From NCBI GenBank assembly GCA_963663765.2, contig CAXXUA010000005.1:992001-1056000 (forward strand): a stretch of 64,000 nt of DNA, given 5' to 3'. Shown piece after piece: positions 59,234-64,000 of this stretch; within the stretch, counting starts at the first letter, position 1, and each line of letters starts with the position of its first letter. A program made the translations under genes and the position numbers. The stretch comes from Candidatus Poribacteria bacterium (lineage in GTDB: Bacteria > Poribacteria > WGA-4E > WGA-3G). The notes beneath the pieces are model-generated. The model was not told the origin of the DNA. It searched no databases and worked only from the letters and a program-made list of their open reading frames with translations.

Positions 59234-60775
59234 TTAATATGTTTTCAGGTCAATCGCTCTATTCACCAACATTGTGAGTTCGTCTATCTGCTCATTATTA
59301 AAATGGGGTTGGATTTCTGCAATGGTTTGTTGTACTGTTTCTAAATCTCCCTCTTGTGCCCAATAACTCCCACGAAGTATTTCAGCGAATTCTGCGATTG
59401 CTGCGACAAACTGAAACTCAGCGGAGGCTGCTTCAAATGTGCTCTTCAGATCTGATATGAAGTAATCTTTGCTGATCTCGATAACATTATAATGGTCCGG
59501 GTCTTCGTGTCGCAAGAAAATTGTTGCAAGTTTTCCATTTGCACCCTCATGAAGTTTAATCTCGTAGAGCGCGGTAACACTGTGTCCTGAACCAATTTCT
59601 CCTGCATCTACATCATCATCTCGAAAGTCTTCATGATCAAGACGTCGGTTTTCATAGCCGATCAACCGGAAACGACTGACTGTCTGTGGATTGAAATCAA
59701 CCTGAACTTTTGCATCTTTTGCGATGATTTGTAGTGTCCCGGTCAGGTTCTCAACGAAAATGCGTCTTGCTTCGTTCAGGCTATCCACATAAGCATAACT
59801 TCCGTTGCCATCATTAGCTAACCTTTCCATGAGAATATCGTTGTAGTTCCCCATGCCAAATCCGACTGTTGTTAATGTAATCCCTTCTTCAACGTGCGCG
59901 CGTATCTTTTTGAGGATAGCATCAGAACCAGTCTCACCTACGTTTGCTACTCCATCAGAACAAAGTATCACACGATTGATGCTCCCAGGCTTTGCACTGC
60001 GCTGTGCAAGACTGTACCCAAGTCGAAGTCCTGCCTCAGCATTCGTTACCCCTTCTGGTTCAAGTGCGTTAATTGCATGCAATATTTCACCCCGTGCTTC
60101 AATCCCCGTGTGTGGTAGGATCGTCCGTGCTTCAGTACCGTAGACAACAATGCCAACTTTGTCACCTGGACGTAGTTGATCAACTAATAGGGTCAATGAC
60201 CGTTTTACCAGACCTAACCGATTCTCAAGTGCCATTGAACCCGATACATCAATAACAAAGGTCAATATCGCGCCTTTCCTGTTTTCGTCAGATATGACGC
60301 GACCTTGAATACCAATTCGCAGTAATTGAAGCCGATTCCCATCACCGAATCGTGAAGGTGCTCCTTCAATATAAACAGCAAATGCCCCATCAGAAGGTGG
60401 TGTATAGTTGTAATCAAAGGTATTGACAAATTCTTCTACTCTGACTGCATCCCGCGGCGGTAAATTACCATCATTTAGGTAACGTCTGGTAACAGAATAG
60501 GAAGCGGTGTCAACATCCATAGCGAAAGTGGAAAGGTGATCATCTTCAGTATCTATGAAAGGATTTGTGCCGTATTCCTGAAAAAAGACATCGTCATAAG
60601 CATCATTATTCGGAGGGTTTAATCCTGTATAGATAGAATCATCAATTGCAGCAGTCGAAGCTTGAACGTCTTCCTCACTATCATCAGAACCGCAACCGAT
60701 ATAGAAGATAAATAGTGTAAGAACACATATCCCGAGAACAGTGTTAAAAATGCAGTTGGTATAATTGGTCTGCAT
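59234..60775 (-). CDS. VWA-domain lipoprotein (YfbK/DUF3520-type)
   Basis: STFAMDVDTASY, VRVEEFVN, DVSGSM MIDAS, SDGVANVG, RLIGYENR; start MQTNY after GGAG. Confidence 0.9.
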   Translation of the reverse strand: MQTNYTNCIFNTVLGICVLTLFIFYIGCGSDDSEEDVQASTAAIDDSIYTGLNPPNNDAYDDVFFQEYGTNPFIDTEDDHLSTFAMDVDTASYSVTRRYLNDGNLPPRDAVRVEEFVNTFDYNYTPPSDGAFAVYIEGAPSRFGDGNRLQLLRIGIQGRVISDENRKGAILTFVIDVSGSMALENRLGLVKRSLTLLVDQLRPGDKVGIVVYGTEARTILPHTGIEARGEILHAINALEPEGVTNAEAGLRLGYSLAQRSAKPGSINRVILCSDGVANVGETGSDAILKKIRAHVEEGITLTTVGFGMGNYNDILMERLANDGNGSYAYVDSLNEARRIFVENLTGTLQIIAKDAKVQVDFNPQTVSRFRLIGYENRRLDHEDFRDDDVDAGEIGSGHSVTALYEIKLHEGANGKLATIFLRHEDPDHYNVIEISKDYFISDLKSTFEAASAEFQFVAAIAEFAEILRGSYWAQEGDLETVQQTIAEIQPHFNNEQIDELTMLVNRAIDLKTY

Positions 60776-60945
60776 TAGATTTATTTCTCCTATATTTAGT
60801 GGTTTTCTTGCTAAGTATTTGTTATATGTTTCCATTGATGATCTCCTACTTAAACGGATGTCTACTGGGTTCTTCTGCATTGGACTTTTATTTTATGCTA
60901 AAATTAATTGCCGAAAGAACCATTTAGTTGAATAATAGTAAGTGT

Positions 60946-62232
60946 TTATGACGGATCGATAACTGTTCCCATAAACAGCACCGTTCCTGTTTCATTGTCA
61001 CGAATGGCATAGAAAAAAGGACGATCAACATTGAATTGAGGCGGGAGACTTGTTTTTACGATTCCTACAACAGTGGCAGCAGCAGCTTCTGTGCCTTCCT
61101 CATTTACCTCAACGAATGTCTTATGTAAGACTGTATCAATATACAGATTACTACCCAAATCGTCTAAATCTGCCATACGACTGAAATCTGCACGACCAGA
61201 ATCAAAGGCTACACCCATACCAAGAGTTGTCAGCACATCCTTTAGTTCTTTTGCACCATACTCCACTTTAAACTTTGGCATTCTGAGATCCATTTCCCGT
61301 TTGCTAAATTCTGTCATCCAGTTTTCCCAGTTCTCTGGTGTCAAAGTATCCAAAAAAGCATTCAAATCAGACTTGTTTGTTGGAACGAAAATATACATAC
61401 CGAACTGACCATCACCATAAGGAAGACTTATGGCTTGGACAGTATCGCTTTGGTAATGTGAGTAACTTCCCCCTGACCTAAACATCATCGGCACCTGTTT
61501 TTGGCTACCATCTGCAAGATTGAATGTCCCATCGCGTGTGTTTTCTGGTTTAAATTCTGTCTGCCACGTACCCTTGAAGTAGATCGCATTTATCAGATAT
61601 AACACAGCACTTCTGTCTATACTGTCGAGAATTGTCGGAATTTTACTGTTCGTATTATCATTTACCCACTGATTAATTGTTGTTAATGTGCTTGCATCTA
61701 AAAAATCAAGAATTGAGACTTCAGCATTGAAGTGGTTTTCGTTGCGTTGTAGAAAATCTGATTTGAATGTATAACCTTCATTTGCCCATAGTGAGTTTGC
61801 AATTGAAAGTGTCACTTTAGGGTCTGATGTCTGAAGTGCTTCTTGCAATTGTGAAAAGCTCCCATTTATCGTTTCGGAGGATAAACCTTGCAGTTGAAGT
61901 GTATCAGCCATCTCTTGTTCGGTATCAGCCGCTGCACCATTTAATGTCATTGCCAATGCAACCGAAACACTATAAGGAGAGATAAAGATATTCATATCAT
62001 TATCTCTCTTATATATTTCTTGGAATAGGTTAAAACCGAATTCCGTATTGCCAGATGCAAGGTCTGCATTAACAACAATAGGTGTATCATCTTCAGTGTC
62101 CGTTTGTGAATCATCCGTGATCTGTCCATCGTCCGTGACTATATTGTCAATGTTTGTACATCCGATGCATAACAATAAAACTATGCACATCAAGTTCAGT
62201 ATTGTTTTTGCGTATTCTTGTATAATATTCAT
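60946..62232 (-). CDS. Serpin lipoprotein
   Basis: NIFISPYS, LINAIYFKGTW, hinge EEGTEAAAAT, FNVDRPF, LFMG; lipobox-like CIGC. Confidence 0.95.
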   Translation of the reverse strand: MNIIQEYAKTILNLMCIVLLLCIGCTNIDNIVTDDGQITDDSQTDTEDDTPIVVNADLASGNTEFGFNLFQEIYKRDNDMNIFISPYSVSVALAMTLNGAAADTEQEMADTLQLQGLSSETINGSFSQLQEALQTSDPKVTLSIANSLWANEGYTFKSDFLQRNENHFNAEVSILDFLDASTLTTINQWVNDNTNSKIPTILDSIDRSAVLYLINAIYFKGTWQTEFKPENTRDGTFNLADGSQKQVPMMFRSGGSYSHYQSDTVQAISLPYGDGQFGMYIFVPTNKSDLNAFLDTLTPENWENWMTEFSKREMDLRMPKFKVEYGAKELKDVLTTLGMGVAFDSGRADFSRMADLDDLGSNLYIDTVLHKTFVEVNEEGTEAAAATVVGIVKTSLPPQFNVDRPFFYAIRDNETGTVLFMGTVIDPS

Positions 62233-62419
62233 AAGTTCTCCTATTAAGTGTTTCTTAATATTTTCATTTCAGAACTTACACACTAAACGTTAAGCGGGAA
62301 ATGCCTACCGTTCCCAAAATGTTTTATTACCCAAATAATAAATTAATCTTCATAAAGTTTTAATAAATTAATCTTCATAAAGTTTGTGCTAAATAGTGGC
62401 AACTTGGGTAATTTAGTAA

Positions 62420-62644
62420 CAGGGTTATTCAGTTTTATAAATTGAAAGTCAATGAGTTTACTAATAGTTATTTATAATTGCATCAGTGCAAAGTAGTAGG
62501 CACACTCTGTGTGCCGTGTTCCACTCTAAAAACGGCACGCGGAACGTGCCTACTACCATGTCTGATTATTGATTATTATCTAACCTGCAATACATTAGCA
62601 TTTGTGATAAAATGGTTCAGAAAACCTAAAACTGAATAACCCTT
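62420..62644. mobile_element. MITE family A copy 3 with an inverted REP doublet
   Basis: TIRs CAGGGTTATTCAGTTTT / AAAACTGAATAACCCTT; perfect 9-bp TSD ATTTAGTAA; cargo GTAGTAGGCACAC...GTGCCTACTAC. Confidence 0.85.
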
Positions 62645-62646
62645 AT

Positions 62647-63609
62647 TTAGTAAAGATGGGCGACATAGTCACCGTAACCGTTGTAAATTTGGGTTGGGTA
62701 CATTTTATCACGTGAGGGTAACAACCACTCACGTGCTTGGGACCAACGTGGATGTGAAACGTTTGGGTTGACGTTTGCTTCAAAACCGTATTCTCGCGGT
62801 GCAAGAACGTTCCAAAAGGTCCGAGGTTTCTTATCGGTCAGTTCAATACGGACTATGGATTTGATGCTCTTAAACCCATATTTCCACGGGACAATCAATC
62901 TGATAGGTGCACCGTGTTGTGGTGGTAAGATATGTCCATAGATACCAACAACCAGTAATGTCAATTCATTCATGGCTTCTGCTAATGTTAACCCTTCAAC
63001 ATAAGGCCACGGCAATCTGGTATTGTTTTGCTGAGATGCTACCCTACGATCCAAAAATGTGACCATTCGTACATACTTGGCTTCAGTTTTCGGTTGAACT
63101 TTTTCAAGTAGTGCTTTCATCGGAAAACCAACCCAAGGTACTACCATCGCCCAGGTTTCAACACAACGGAAACGATAGATACGTTCTTCAAGCGGCATCT
63201 GTTTAATGAGATCGTCAATATCAACGGTCATCGGTTTATCAACAAGACCCGATATCTCAATCTCCCAAGGCCGCGTTTTAAACTTTTCAACCCTACTCCA
63301 GACTGTGCTTTTTGAACTTGTGAACTCATAGAAATTATTAAAAGTCGCTGCGTCAATTTCATCAGTTAGAGGTCGAGTTACAGTGAATTCTTCGTTTTTA
63401 TCTGAATTAAGTGTCTTTTCTTGAAACGGTTTTAACTGATTCAATAGTCTGCTGTCTTGTGCACAAGCACTTGTACTGATAAGAGATATGGCACCTGCAC
63501 CCGCTATACCAAGATCTTTGATGAACTTTCTGCGATCAATGTATACTGATTCAGGAGTTACACGATTTTCTGGGATTTCCCACCCCTTTGGTATTTTTAT
63601 ATACGTCAT
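62647..63609 (-). CDS. msrP: Protein-methionine-sulfoxide reductase catalytic subunit
   Basis: Tat motif RRKFIK, NNFYEF, RFRCVETW, GAPIRLIVPWKYGFKSIK, HPRWSQA. Confidence 0.96.
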   Translation of the reverse strand: MTYIKIPKGWEIPENRVTPESVYIDRRKFIKDLGIAGAGAISLISTSACAQDSRLLNQLKPFQEKTLNSDKNEEFTVTRPLTDEIDAATFNNFYEFTSSKSTVWSRVEKFKTRPWEIEISGLVDKPMTVDIDDLIKQMPLEERIYRFRCVETWAMVVPWVGFPMKALLEKVQPKTEAKYVRMVTFLDRRVASQQNNTRLPWPYVEGLTLAEAMNELTLLVVGIYGHILPPQHGAPIRLIVPWKYGFKSIKSIVRIELTDKKPRTFWNVLAPREYGFEANVNPNVSHPRWSQAREWLLPSRDKMYPTQIYNGYGDYVAHLY

Positions 63610-63771
63610 CGGATTCTCCTTTTATATATTATTGTATGTTATCTTTTGAAATATTTAACTCTGAAATATGCAATCAGTTTACAGTGTATGTTAGAAAATA
63701 GGTTCTTTATAGTGCATATCTCAAATTATACAGACTTTCAATGAAGTATGCAACCCTTTTTGTTTGATTAG

Positions 63772-63973
63772 CAGGGTTATTTAGTTTTAGATATTTTGGC
63801 AGATATTTATAACATTCGTGAATTGATTTTGTAAGACAAGTTGGGCGTGAGCGAAACCCAACATGATAGACATAATCAATACATGTCGGGTTTCGCAAAC
63901 GCTCTAACCGACCTACGATATAAACTTTAAGTAACACCCATCAACTGATATTTCTTAAAACTGAATATCCCTG
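63772..63973. mobile_element. MITE family A copy 4 with a different REP doublet
   Basis: CAGGGTTATTTAGTTTT / AAAACTGAATATCCCTG; flanks TTTGATTAG/CCTGATTAG; cargo GCGAAACCCAAC...GTCGGGTTTCGC...CCTAC. Confidence 0.75.
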
Positions 63974-64000
63974 CCTGATTAGGTATGTAAAGTTTTTGTC

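Noticed and set aside
63707-63937. 76-aa ORF
   Set aside because: It mostly overlaps MITE A copy 4 and its REP cargo.

Overview
This is a 64-kb bacterial chromosome segment of roughly 40% GC by eye. It is most consistent with Candidatus Poribacteria, an inference from a LamG protein ending in VSPxxKLAxxWGxLK, planctomycete-type cytochrome proteins, many TPR proteins and BMC genes. Housekeeping and metabolic genes include rnpB, hslVU, pgi, gltB, msrP, an NtrY/NtrX-like pair, pilD, a TonB-dependent receptor, exbB-exbD-exbD with a large unknown outer-membrane protein, a three-gene microcompartment satellite (BMC-H, pduL, flavoprotein-like) and a serpin. Two things stand out. (1) At 12.5-16.6 kb an FRG-TPR protein fused to an orphan TaqI-like specificity domain (no MTase or REase) is translationally coupled to an ABC-ATPase/HEPN (PrrC/RloC-like) gene, a candidate defence module. 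(2) The intergenic spacers hold nested non-autonomous elements: several MITE families with demonstrable TIRs/TSDs that carry GTAG-type REP hairpins as cargo, a TIR-less 34-60 bp element that inserts into REPs without target duplication, a MITE-disrupted IS630, and REP-derived tandem arrays (not CRISPR). All family assignments come from motif recognition only; no searches were run.
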